Assembly: GCA_951406725.2 (NCBI GenBank) | Contig: OX597818.1 | Coordinates: 60,946,001-61,010,000 of the forward strand | Length of the DNA stretch: 64,000 nucleotides | From: Octopus vulgaris | Lineage: Eukaryota | Direction: 5' to 3' | Shown: positions 1-11,980 of the stretch, one piece after another | Layout: each line of letters starts with the position of its first letter | Position numbering within the stretch: the stretch's first letter is position 1 | Notes under the pieces: model-generated | What the model saw: the letters and a program-made list of their open reading frames with translations, nothing else | What the model was told of the DNA's origin: nothing | Databases searched by the model: none | Translations under genes and position numbers: made by a program

Positions 1-521
1 GGTAAATTTTTTTTTAAATCGTTGACTCATCGTAGACATTTTTAGAGAGTTACTTCCCTTATATAATAGCGAAAAAATGCATTAAAATGGAAAAAAAACG
101 ATGGTAAATTTTTTTTTAAATCGTAGACTCATGTAGACGCTTTCTTAGCCATTTCTGTTTTGGTGTCTTCAAGCCATGAAGTCGTTGTTCTAAAAGAACA
201 CTGGTCTCCTTGACAACGCATTACGACGTTGATTTCCTTACACTCCCTTCTCCACAGGTGCAGGTGTGAGCGTGGACGCCAACTCCGCCGCCATCGACAC
301 ACGAAAAATTATGCATTAAAATGGAATAAAAAATGATGTTAAATTATTTTTAAAATCGTAGACTCATCGTAGACGCGCGCTAATATTCAGACGGGCTCGA
401 TATGAATCACGACTATAAGCTACCCGAATTTGGTTAAACTGTACCGCAAAATGTGGGAGTAGTTAGGAATCTAAATCGAAGGGGACAGACACTCACACAA
501 CTACAGTTTTATATATATAGA
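1..521 (-). mobile_element. Non-autonomous Helitron (5' part; mirror of 3637-4274)
   Basis: Reverse complement of the A|TC-starting element at 3637. Confidence 0.75.
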
Positions 522-544
522 TATACATAGCGCAGTAGTGGTGA

Positions 545-905
545 GATATGACAGCAAAGAAAAGCATACATTCACTCTCTGCATGCAATTAGACTCGGAA
601 AGTTCGTGAGGAACCCATTGACCCAATTTGCTGACTTTTCCGATAGCACACAGGTGTCAATGAATGGTTGAATGACCAAATCCAAGCTTCTCTGCTAGTT
701 CCTCAACAGTTACGATGATATTTTGTTCCACCAGGGTTTTCAGGATGTCCTTGTCGAGTTCTACAGATCTTTCAGGATGAGGCTCGTCTTCTAGGCTGTA
801 GTTTATGGCTCAGGATTTCTGGAACCACCATTGACACTGCCTTACGCTTATTGTCCAATCCCCATATACTGCATTAATATTTCTTGTACTTTGCACACAT
901 TTATA
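545..905 (-). pseudogene. Mariner transposase N-terminal fragment (mirror copy)
   Basis: WVPHEL encoded on minus strand at ~600-617; RQCQWWFQK upstream. Confidence 0.85.
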
Positions 906-956
906 TTCTGTTATTCTTTTATATGTTTCAGCCTTGAGGTTGTGGCCATGCTGGAT

Positions 957-992
<36 letters not shown>

Positions 993-1869
993 TATCTGTC
1001 TGTCTGTCTGTATGTATATATGTATATGTATGTGTGTGAACAATAATATTTTCAACAGATGTGTTGCAAATGTATCTGATTGTTCTCAAGCTTCAATACT
1101 GTGTGTGTGTGTGTATGTGTGTGTGTGTATGTATGTATGTATGTATGTATGTATGTATGTGTGTATGTATGTATGTGTGTGTGTATGTATGTGTGTGTGT
1201 ATGTGTGTGTGTATGTGTATGTATGTATGTATGTATGTATGTATGTATGTATGTATGTATGTATGAGTGTATGTTTACTTTATTACTAATTACTCTCTTC
1301 CAAGAACATTTTCACTCACTCTTAGCTCTTAGCTTCCCATACATTTTACTCATGTATCTATCAGCGTCATAGACAGAATACTTTCACTTTAGTCTTGCTC
1401 AAATCACTCTGTCGTTATTTACTTTCATTTTATTCGTTGCCCACTGTGTGTGTGCGTTTGCGTGTGGTGTAAACCAGACTAAGAAAAGCATTTGACACAC
1501 ACACCAGAATGTGAGTTTTCTGTAAATTTTGCTTAATTGGAGTTTAAATTTTAAAAACTGGACCTGGCATGACCCGATGCGTTGTACTCTTAAGAATGCT
1601 AGGTAAATTGTAATTGAAGAAATCCTATATTGTAGATTTGTATAACTCCCAAAGGGAGGGAGATAAAATCTGCCTTTTATAATAAGAGATACATAATATG
1701 TGAAACAATCAGCAATTCACAGTTGGTGCTAGTGCACAGAAACAAATGTTGAACGTAGGCTCGAAACGTCAAAGACATTTCCGTTTTCCCTGAGCGTCAA
1801 ATTAATACACCTTGTTTGTTGTTATCTCAGCAATCTTTTGCTTTTGGCTTCTATACAGTTTTGAGCTAC

Positions 1870-2030
1870 AGGCGCGGGAGTGGCTGTGTGGTAAGTAGCT
1901 TGCTTCCCAACCACATGGTTCCGGGTTCAGTCCCACTGCGTAGCACCTTCGATAGGTGTCTTCTACTATAGCCTCGGGCCGACCAAAGGCTTGTGATTTG
2001 GTAGACGGAAACTGATAGAGTCCAGTCGTA
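1870..2030 (+). mobile_element. tRNA-derived CORE-like SINE (partial)
   Basis: Head gagtggctgtgtggtaag...gggttcagtccc; same family as 12808-13210. Confidence 0.8.
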
Positions 2031-2066
2031 TATGTGTATGTATTTGTGTGTATGTGTGTGTATGTG

Positions 2067-2110
<44 letters not shown>

Positions 2111-2113
<3 letters not shown>

Positions 2114-2429
2114 TTTATACAAATCCACAATTTTTCAGTTAGAGGGCTCGCACTTTCTATGGTCATTCAAAACCGTCCAAGGGTGGTTGTGCACATCTTT
2201 ACATTTCCCCAGTCACCCCGCAAAGCCATTAAAAAAAATCAATAGAAGTGACTTTTTTGTGAATTTTCTATCCAAAACCCAATCAAAATGCCCGAAACTT
2301 GATACGCCAATTGAATGCCAGCTAGCTGTATGTGATTGGTCGGAGATTTGGACAGTATTCGCGAGTATGTGCGCACGCACGCAGCTCTATATGCATGCAC
2401 TAGCACTATGACCCGAGTCATAGTGCTAG
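2111..2429 (+). mobile_element. Helitron-like non-autonomous element with terminal hairpin
   Basis: Starts TC, ends ctagcactatgacccgagtcatagtgCTAG|T; second copy ~5308-5625. Confidence 0.6.
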
Positions 2430-2433
2430 TAAG

Positions 2434-3170
2434 GTATCTCTTATTATAAAAGGCAGATTTTATCTGCCTCCCTTTGGGAGTTATAGAAATCTACAATATA
2501 GGATTTCTTCAATTACAATTTACCTGGCATTTTTGAGAGTACAATGCATCGCGTCATGCCAGGTCCAGTTTTTAAAATTTAAACTCCAATTAAGCAAAAT
2601 TTACAGAAAACTCACATTCTGGTGTGTGTGTCAAATGCTTTTCTTAGTCTGGTTTACACCACACGCAAACGCACACACACAGTGGGCAACGAATAAAATG
2701 AAAGTAAATAACGACAGAGTGATTTGAGCAAGACTAAAGTGAAAGTATTCTGTCTATGACGCTGATAGATACATGAGTAAAATGTATGGGAAGCTAAGAG
2801 CTAAGAGTGAGTGAAAATGTTCTTGGAAGAGAGTAATTAGTAATAAAGTAAACATACACTCATACATACATACATACATACATACATACATACATACATA
2901 CATACATACACACACACACATACACACACACATACATACACACACACATACATACATACACACATACATACATACATACATATACATACATACATACATA
3001 TACATACATACATACATACATATACATACATACATACACACACACACATACACACACACACAGTATTGAAGCTTGAGAACAATCAGATACATTTGCAACA
3101 CATCTGTTGAAAATATTATTGTTCACACACATACATATACATATATACATACAGACAGACAGACAGATAG

Positions 3171-3201
<31 letters not shown>

Positions 3202-4158
3202 ATCCAGCATGGCCACAACATCAAGGCTGAAACATATAAAAGAATAACAGAATATAAATGTGTGCAAAGTACAAGAAATATTAATGCAGTATATGGGGAT
3301 TGGACAATAAGCGTAAGGCAGTGTCAATGGTGGTTCCAGAAATTCCGAGCCATAAACTACAGCCTAGAAGACGAGCCTCATCCTGAAAGATCTGTAGAAC
3401 TCGACAAGGACATCCTGAAAACCCTGGTGGAACAAAATATCATCGTAACTGTTGAGGAACTAGCAGAGAAGCTTGGATTTGGTCATTCAACCATTCATTG
3501 ACACCTGTGTGCTATCGGAAAAGTCAGCAAATTGGGTCAATGGGTTCCTCACGAACTTTCCGAGTCTAATTGCATACAGAGAGTGAATGTATGCTTTTCT
3601 TTGCTGTCATATCTCACCACTACTGCGCTATGTATATCTATATATATATAAAACTGTAGTTGTGTGAGTGTCTGTCCCCTTCGATTTAGATTCCTAACTA
3701 CTCCCACATTTTGCGGTACAGTTTAACCAAATTCGGGTAGCTTATAGTCGTGATTCATATCGAGCCCGTCTGAATATTAGCGCGCGTCTACGATGAGTCT
3801 ACGATTTTAAAAATAATTTAACATCATTTTTTATTCCATTTTAATGCATAATTTTTCGTGTGTCGATGGCAGCGGAGTTGGCGTCCACGCTCACACCTGC
3901 ACCTGTGGGGAAGGGAGTGTAAGGAAATCAACGTCGTAATGCGTTGTCAAGGAGACCAGTGTTCTTTTAGAACAACGACTTCATGGCTTGAAGACACCAA
4001 AACAGAAATGGCTAAGAAAGCGTCTACATGAGTCTACGATTTAAAAAAAAAATTACCATCGTTTTTTTTCCATTTTAATGCATTTTTTCGCTATTATATA
4101 AGGGAAGTAACTCTCTAAAAATGTCTACGATGAGTCAACGATTTTAAAAAAATTTACC
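2434..4158 (+). repeat. Right arm of large inverted duplication
   Basis: gtatctcttattataaaaggcag at 2434 mirrors ...ttttataataagagatac ending 1692; ...aaatttacc at 4158 mirrors base 1. Confidence 0.95.
3250..3612 (+). pseudogene. Mariner (Mos1/Hsmar-type) transposase N-terminal HTH fragment
   Basis: ...WWFQKFR...SLEDEP...VEELAEKLGFGHSTIH*HL...KLGQWVPHEL; WVPHEL linker at 3541-3558; internal stop. Confidence 0.9.
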
Positions 4159-4274
4159 ATCATATTTTTTCCATTTTTAATGCATTTTTTGCTATTTTTT
4201 GGCTATAACTCTCTAAAAATGCTTATATAGTTATTTCCCTTACAAACCCGAGTAACGCCGGGCGATACTGCTAG
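3637..4274 (+). mobile_element. Non-autonomous Helitron
   Basis: A|TC start, subterminal cccg...cggg hairpin, CTAG|T end, no TSD. Confidence 0.85.
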
Positions 4275-4276
4275 TA

Positions 4277-4670
4277 TCTTTATATATAAAAGTCAAGTTG
4301 TGCTGTCTGTCTCCTACGATTTAGATTCCTAACTACTCCCACATTTTGCGGTGCAGTTTAACCAAAACCGTGTATCTTATAGTTGTGATTCATATCGAGC
4401 CCTTCTGGGTATTAGCGCGCGTCTACGATGAGTCTACGATTAAAAAAAAAATTTACCATCAATTTTTGCCATTTTTAATCCATTTTTGGCATATATAAGG
4501 GAAGTAACTCTCTAAAAAATTATTATTAAATCTCAGAACGTAAAAAGCTACAGTAACACACACCTTTGTGGTTAGCCATATTAAGATGGCTATTATACTT
4601 TACATCTCTAAAAAATGCTTATATAGTTATTTCCCTTACAAACCCGAGCAACGCCGGGCGATACTGCTAG
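4277..4670 (+). mobile_element. Non-autonomous Helitron
   Basis: A|TCTTTATATATAAAAG ... cccgagcaacgccgggcgatactgCTAG|T. Confidence 0.85.
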
Positions 4671-4904
4671 TAATTCATATTTATGATTTTTATTTTCATT
4701 AATTTATTTGGTATTTTTTTTATCACTTGCATCTCTTTGAAACTACGAATTGCTCTTTGTCAAGAGAATTCTAAAAATTGAATATAGGTATAAACTAACG
4801 GGACACTAAACGTGATCCAGCAGTATTCTCAGAGTCATTCACCTGATGACGAGCAAGTACACAGCTATTGCTGGATCATATTCATATAATATTTATACAA
4901 TATG

Positions 4905-5272
4905 CATAATATGTGAAACAATCAGCAATTCACAGTTGAGGCTAGTGCACAGAAACAATTGTTGAACGTAGGCTCGAAACGTCAAAGACTTCTCCGTTTT
5001 CCCTGAGCGTCAAATTAATACACCTTGTTTGTTGTTATCTCAGCAGCCTCTGTACAGTTTTGAGCTACAAGCGCAGGAGTGGCTGTGTGGTAAGTAGCTT
5101 GCTTCCCAACCACATGGTTCCGGGTTCAGTCCCACTGCGTAGCACCTTCGGTAAGTGTCTTCTACTATAGCCTCGGGCCGACCAAAGGCTTGTGATTTGG
5201 TAGACGGAAACTGATAGAGTCCAGTCGTATATGTGTATGTATTTGTGTGTATGTGTGTGTATGTGAGCGCGC

Positions 5273-5308
<36 letters not shown>

Positions 5309-5633
5309 CCTTTATACAAATCCACAATTTTTCAGTTAGAGGGCTCGCACTTTCTATGGTCATTCAAAACCGTCCATGGGTGGTCGTGCGCATCTTTACA
5401 TTTCCCCAGTCACCCCTCAAAGCCATTAAAAAAATCAATAGAAGTGACTTTTTTGTGAATTTTCTATCCAAAACCCAATGAAAATGCCTGAAACTTGATA
5501 CGCCAATTGAATGCCAGCTAACTATATGTGATTGGTCGGAGATTTGGACAGTATTCGCGAGTATGTGCGCACGCACGCAGCTCTATATGCATGCACTAGC
5601 ACTATGACCCGGGTCATAGTGCTAGTAAGGTAT
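4905..5633 (+). repeat. Direct duplicate of 1693-2433 (SINE + Helitron-like element)
   Basis: Near-identical sequence. Confidence 0.9.
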
Positions 5634-5634
5634 A

Positions 5635-6015
5635 TCTTTATATATAAAAGTGAAGTTGTGTGTCTGTCTCCTCCGATTTAGATTCCTAACTACTCCCACA
5701 TTTTGCGGTGCAGTTTAACCAAAACCGGGTGATTCATATCGAGCACTTCTGGGTATTAGCGCGCGTCTACGATGAGTCTACAATTTTAAAAAAATATTTA
5801 CCATAAATTTTTCCCATTTTTAATGCATTTTTGGCATATATAAGGGAAGTAACTCTCTAAAAGTTTATTATTAAATCTCAGAACGTAAAAAGTTACAGTA
5901 ACACCCCCTCTTTGTGGTTAGCCATATTAAGATGGCTATTATACTTTACATCTCTAAAAATGCTTATATAGTTATTTCCCTTACAAACCCGAGCAACGCC
6001 GGGCGATACTGCTAG
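5635..6015 (+). mobile_element. Non-autonomous Helitron
   Basis: A|TC ... hairpin ... CTAG|T; same family as 4277-4670. Confidence 0.85.
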
Positions 6016-6039
6016 TTTTACAATATACGTGTTTCTGCG

Positions 6040-6432
6040 TGGGAAAGCGAGAAAGAGAAAAAGTGTGGCGGACTGTTTGCGCATGCGTGTGTACGCGTAT
6101 CAAAATGGAGCAACTTTTTCTTTCGAACATAACTGCGTTTGAGTTAAAGCATTTTATAGCTTTTTTTTTCCTTTCCTTTTTTTTTTTTACATATTTCGTT
6201 ATTAACGTAGAATTGTAAACACAGACCGATAAATGTTAACAGCAGCTTTATGTATTTCTTTGTGAACAAGAAAAGAAAGAACGACCCGACTTGAGTTAGT
6301 TTGAGTTCTACTGAAAATCTTTTTCAGAAAGTGTATACACTTCAGCTCTTTGACAGAAAAAAAATTAGCAATCAAAGACTTCAAAAGCCCGCAAAATATG
6401 TCCGTATCGGCAAATTGTTGTCTGAAGTACGT
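6040..6432 (+). promoter_or_regulatory. Candidate promoter / non-coding first exon
   Basis: Unique, relatively CpG-rich stretch; NRF1-like TGCGCATGCG 6078-6087; YY1-like CAAAATGG 6101; donor-like GAA|GTACGT at 6427 followed by GT-rich tract. Confidence 0.4.
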
Positions 6433-6606
6433 TTTGTGGTTTGTAGTTTTGTTTGTTTTGTGTCTAACGGAGAGTTTTTATAGTTAGGTGTAATTTATGC
6501 TGTATTCTATTTCACGAAATTTTTAATGAGACATTCGACGATTCTGTAACCGGAATACATTTTGTTATTGTAGTATGTAATTTGTATGGTCTATGTTGTA
6601 GCATAG

Positions 6607-7497
6607 GTGGTGAGCTGGCAGAATCGTTAGCACGCCGGACGAAATACTTAGAGGTATTTCGTCTGCCGCTACGTTCTGAGTTCAAATTCCGGTGAGGTCG
6701 ACTTTGCCTTTCATCCTTTCGGGGTCGATTAAATAAGTACCAATTACGCACTGGGGTCGATATAATCGACTTAATCCGTTTGTCTGTCCTTGTTTGACCC
6801 CTCTGTGTTTAGCCCCTTGTAGGTAGTAAAGAAATAGATGTTTCGTCTGCCGTACGTTCTGAGTTCAAATTCCGCCGAGGTCGACTTTGCCTTTCATCCT
6901 TTCGGGGTCGATTAAATAAGTACCAATTACGCACTGGGGTCGATATAATCGACTTAATCCGTTTGTCTGTCCTTGTTTGACCCCTCTGTGTTTAGCCCCT
7001 TGTAGGTAGTAAAGAAATAGATGTTTCGTCTGCCGTACGTTCTGAGTTCAAATTCCGCCGAGGTCGACTTTGCCTTCCATCCTTTCGGGGTCGATAAATT
7101 AAGGACTAGTTATGCACTGGGGTCGATATAATCGACTTAATCCGTTTGTCTGTCCTTGTTTGTCCCCTCTGTGTTTAGCCCTTGTGGGTAGTAAAGAAAT
7201 AGGTGTTTCGTCTGCCGTACGTTCTGAGTTCAAATTCCGCCGAGGTCGACTTTGCTTTCCATCCTTTCGGGATCGATAAATTAAGGACTAGTTACGCACT
7301 GGGGTCGATATAATCGACTTAATCCGTTTGTCTGTCCTTGTTTGTCCCCTCTGTGTTTAGCCTTTGTGGGTAGTAAAGAAATAGGTGTTTCGTCTGCCGC
7401 TACGTTCTGAGTTCAAATTCTGCCGAGGTCGACTTTGCCTTCCATCCTTTCGGGGTCGATAAATTAAGGACTAGTTACGCACTGGGGTCGATATAAT
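6607..7497 (+). mobile_element. Multimeric tRNA-derived SINE: one head plus ~5 tandem ~181-bp units
   Basis: A-box tggcagaatcgtt once; repeated unit tttcgtctgccg...gagttcaaattcc...cctttcatcctttcggggtcga...aaagaaatag. Confidence 0.9.
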
Positions 7498-7626
7498 CCC
7501 GAAGCATTCCTGTTTATAAGCCTCGTCAGAAAACGTTCAAGAAAATGCTAGAAAGTTGCATCACATCCTAACCGGCCGATCGCATGAAACGGTTTTTACT
7601 TCGGTTTCGAATCTGCTACAACATAG

Positions 7627-8040
7627 ACCTATTTCTTTACTACCCACAAGGGGCTAAACGCATAGAGGACAAACAAGGACAGACAAACGGATTAAGTCGA
7701 TTATATCGACCCCAGTGCGTAACTGGTACTTATTTAATCGACCCCGAAAGGATGAAAGGCAAGGTCGACCTCGGCAGAATTTGAACTCAGAACGTAGCGG
7801 TAGACGAAATACCTATTTCTTTACTACCCACAAGGGGCTAAACACAGAGAGGACAAACAAGGACAGACAAACGGATTAAGTAGATTATATCGACCCCAGT
7901 GCGTAAATGGTACTCATTTAATCGACCCCAAAAGGATGAAAGGCAAAGTCGACCTCGGCGGAATTTGAACACAGAACGTAGCGGCAGACGAAATACGGCT
8001 ACGCATTTCGCCCGTCGTGCTAACGTTTCTGCCAGCTCGA
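7627..8040 (-). mobile_element. Dimeric copy of same SINE, opposite strand
   Basis: Reverse complement of the unit twice plus head. Confidence 0.9.
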
Positions 8041-9309
8041 CGGACGAAATGCCGCTAAGGTCTTTGCACAGCACAATAATTTGTCTGCCTTAAAAGTGAT
8101 AGAAATTTTGAAGTTTTGAAATATCGAAAAATACGAAATCACGGCTCAACCTGTGTTGGCAGAGATTCGACACCACGATCTAGGTTTCTTGGAGTCTGAT
8201 GAAATGCATAGAAAAAAATGTAATTTTCTCAGATGCCCTAAGGACGGAAATATTTCTATTGTGTTTGAAGTATTTGCAAAATGGTAAAAGAGCCATAGAA
8301 ACGTTGGAATATAAGAGAATCATTGATACAAAAGTTTAAACTGAAATTCACATCAGAAATACAATGGCGGGTTTTTCTCCACGGAATTCTCTATTGCATA
8401 ATGGTTTACCAACAGAAAACCTTGCATTGCGTGATGACAAGGAATCCTATAGACAGGAACAGGAAAGCAATTTCCGAAATTTTGGAGGATTACGAAAATT
8501 ATTGGCAAAGTTTGAGTTTGTCATGAAAGCACATTTCAGTAATGTGAGGGGTGGGGGAAAACCGTGGAAGAATGGCATATTTCTCTCTGTCAGAGCAAAA
8601 TGAATATATTTAGCTGATGACTTTTACTGTTCACCACAAATTGCTATATAACATTTATTCATAAGGTCAAATATTCTGGCCGCCTTTTTGATTCTTCTCT
8701 TGATAAAGCACGTCGAGAACAATTGCGAAAAACAGTTCGTTTTATGGAAAGTGAGTTTTTAAGAAGAAAAATCTGTATGTAACAGACTCTTTTCTTAGAT
8801 TTATCTGATTAAAACGAAAGGATGCTTAAAACATGATGGAAGTAATTTGGGATGAAGTTATAAAAGAACAAAATGCCATTATAAAACTATCATAGCAGTA
8901 CTGCGACAATGCTATAGTTATGACTGGTTATAAAAATTGTTCGTACGAAGATTATTGATGGAAATTCAAAGTTATTTTGGTAAACTGCAATAATCATGCT
9001 TTCAATTTGGTTGGAATTCGTGCTTCCAGCAAGATTGCAAATTGGTTTCATATTTTTGCACAGGCCAGCATTTTCGGGGGTGTGGGGGTGAAGGTAAGTC
9101 GATTACATCGAGCGCAGTGCTCAACTGATCGGTCCAGAAAGGATTAAAAAGGTAAAGTCGACCTCAGCGGAATTTGAACTCGAAACGTAAAAACTGACGA
9201 AATGCTGCTAAGCATAAGACCTGGCACGCTACTGATTCTATCGTAGCTATTTCTTTTATTTCATTCAATTCAGTATCTTTTTGTCTTCTTTTCCTATTCA
9301 ACTGTCCGT

Positions 9310-9920
9310 GGAGGCGCAATGGCCCAGTGGTTAGGGCAGCAGACTCGCGGTTGTAGGATCGCGGGAGGTCGGTGAGCTGGCAGAATCGTTAGCACGCTGG
9401 GCGAAATGCCTAGCGGTATTTCGTCCGCCGCTACGTTCTGAGTTCAAATTCCACCGAGGTCGAATTTGCCTTTCATCCTTTCGGGGTCGATAAATTAAGT
9501 ACCAGTTACGCACTGGGGTCGATGTAATCGACTTAACCCGTTTGTCTGTCCTTGTTTGTCCTCTCTGTGTGTATCCCCTTGTGGGCAGTAAAGAAATAGG
9601 TTGTAGGATCGCGGTTTCGATTCCCGACCGAACGTTGTGAGTGTTTATTGAGCGAAAACGCCTAAAGCTCCACGAGGTTCCGGCAGCGGGTGGTGGCGAA
9701 CCCTGCTGTACTCTCACCACAACTTCCTCTCACTCTTTCTTCCTGTTTCTGTTGTGCCTGTATTTCAAAGGGCCAGCCTTGTCACACTCTGCGTCACGCT
9801 TAATCTCCCTGAGAACTACGTTATGGGTACATGTGTCTGTGGAGTGCTCATCCAGTTGCACGTTTATTTTACAGATCAACTGGAACCCTCGTCGTCGCAA
9901 CCAACGGAGTGCCACTCAAC
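9310..9920 (+). mobile_element. tRNA(Arg-like)-derived SINE interrupted by a second SINE
   Basis: ggaggcgcaatggcccagtggttagg (A box) ... ggtttcgattccc (B box); insertion 9365-9598. Confidence 0.8.
9365..9598 (+). mobile_element. SINE with 16-bp TSD
   Basis: ggttgtaggatcgcgg at 9349-9364 and 9599-9614. Confidence 0.9.
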
Positions 9921-11079
9921 TGTCTTTCTTTTTTTTGAGAAACGGTCTAACATAACGTTTATATGAGAGTTGATAAAGTAATTGATGGTACGAGAGATAA
10001 GAAAAACGGTGAATGAAATTTTAACTTTCGTTTTCGAGCTGTTGCTCTTCATCAAAGAACCAAGAGATAAAAGAAATAGTGAAGTTGAGCTGATTTACAA
10101 CTAGAGCGACACTGTCACTTTCTCCCACTCCTTACACGTACCCTAGTTGTTAGAATATTTGACTCAAGGTTCTAAGATGATGAGATCAATTCCAGGTCCA
10201 GGCAGCAATTGTGTAATTGAGCGAGGCACTTCGTTTCTCGTTACTTCATTGTACTCAGGTAAAAAGGAGTTCATAGCGATTTCTGGTTCCACTCTGTCTC
10301 TCTGTCTCTCTCTAACTCTCTCTCTCTCTCTCTTCCGCTATTAGCTCCTCCATGTTTCACAGGGTTACGTGTAGAAGACACAAGAATGTTCTGAATTTGA
10401 TGTGACTACACAGGCACCTTTAAGAATTAGCGAAAGTATGGTGCACGTTACCGAACCAGGTTAACATACAGTTTGCCGTCGTAAAACAAGTGAAAGTAAA
10501 TTGCCTTTAAAAAAGTAAAAATTGCGATAGAAAGTCGAAGTAACAACAGGGACAACCCATAATTTTATGCCTACAATGAATATGACAACCGATGTATTGA
10601 AGAACATATATTCAATTTAACACGAAAATCGTCCGGATATTCTATAAAAGGTGAAAGCAATCACATCTACGGAAAACATAACACTGAAGTACGAAATGAG
10701 ATTCATGAATAGATTTTCACGAGCTCTAAATTTATTTCGCCAACCACTACGAAATTTTTGTCCAAAATGTTGAAAGTAAACCGTGTTCAGCATGAAAAAT
10801 TACACCAGTATACGAAGTTTCAAACTGTTTAGTTAAAAAAATAATTATTAAAAAAAGCTGTGAGCCAAATTGAAGAGATCCCGCACATATGTGACGCATA
10901 TGATCCGCAGGTGTATCACGAGATTTCGAAGTAAATCAGAAAATGCCAGGATATTAAATAGCAGAAAAGAAAAAGTCAATATATTTTGTACTCCGCACCA
11001 GTGCATGTCTGTTCCTTAAACTCAGCTGTTTTAAAGCAATTTCAATTCTCGTTTTATTTTTATATGTAAAATATAAAAA

Positions 11080-11351
11080 AAAATAAAATGGCGTCTCGTA
11101 TTACTTTTTAGCGTCTTTCTTCGACGTGCCGTGGATGGGGAAGAAAAAGATATACAAACGAAAACAAGTTAAAAATCGCTGATCTGTGCAGTCAAGAATT
11201 AAATTAAATTTTATTGTTCGTTAACTTAGGATTTAAACAATGTACGTTGTGGTGATAACGCTTTACTCTCTCTCTTTCTTTTCTTCTCTCTCTCTCCCTC
11301 CCTCTCTCTCTCTCCTTCTCTCTCTTTCTCCCCCCTCTCTCTCGTGTGAGT
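11080..11351 (+). promoter_or_regulatory. Candidate alternative promoter / first exon
   Basis: YY1 motif AAAATGGCG 11085-11093, CT-repeat leader, donor-like GTGAGT 11346-11351. Confidence 0.35.
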
Positions 11352-11884
11352 ACGCTTTATATAAATAACCATGTTTTGCCTTGTTTTAAAAAAGATAAAC
11401 AAATATATCCATCGCAAAATCTTAGTTTAACCAAACAATAACATTTAATTACAATTATCGTTTATTTACATTTTGTTTATTTTTTGTTTTTTGCTTTGTT
11501 TTGTTTTTGTTTTTGTTTTTGTTTTTGGATAAAAAACTGAATTTTATATTTAAATCAAAAGAAATAATTGCCAGCCCATCATCATCATCATCATCATCAT
11601 CACTATCACCATCATCATCGTCACTGCTACAAATCCACCACCACCCACCACCACCACCACCACCATTGTGGTTTTATCTTTGTCTTATTGTTATAGTTCT
11701 GTCTGTCAGTCTGTTGTTGTTGTTCTTCTGATTGAATGTGTTGGCAGGAAATAAAAGATTAATGGACTAAAAGCTGTTCTAGTATTATTTAGTTTTTTGT
11801 GTTTTTACATTCTAAAATCCAGGGTCAATGAAATAAGTACCGGTCAAGTACTCTCTGACCTTTGTATCTAAGTCTGAGTGTTCT

Positions 11885-11938
<54 letters not shown>

Positions 11939-11940
11939 CA

Positions 11941-11975
<35 letters not shown>

Positions 11976-11980
11976 GTATA

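Larger units (their letters stand above)
1..1692 (-). repeat. Left arm of large inverted duplication (runs off window start)
   Basis: Reverse complement of 2434-4158 with scattered substitutions and different microsatellite lengths. Confidence 0.95.
1693..2433 (+). repeat. Spacer of inverted repeat, directly duplicated at ~4905-5633
   Basis: cataatatgtgaaacaatcagc...gctagtaaggta present in both copies. Confidence 0.9.

Noticed and set aside
1-4158. Assembly artefact explanation for the inverted repeat
   Set aside because: Arms carry multiple substitutions and different microsatellite lengths; not fully excluded without reads
8100-9050. Possible decayed transposase or exon
   Set aside because: Only short ORFs and no motif I can identify with confidence
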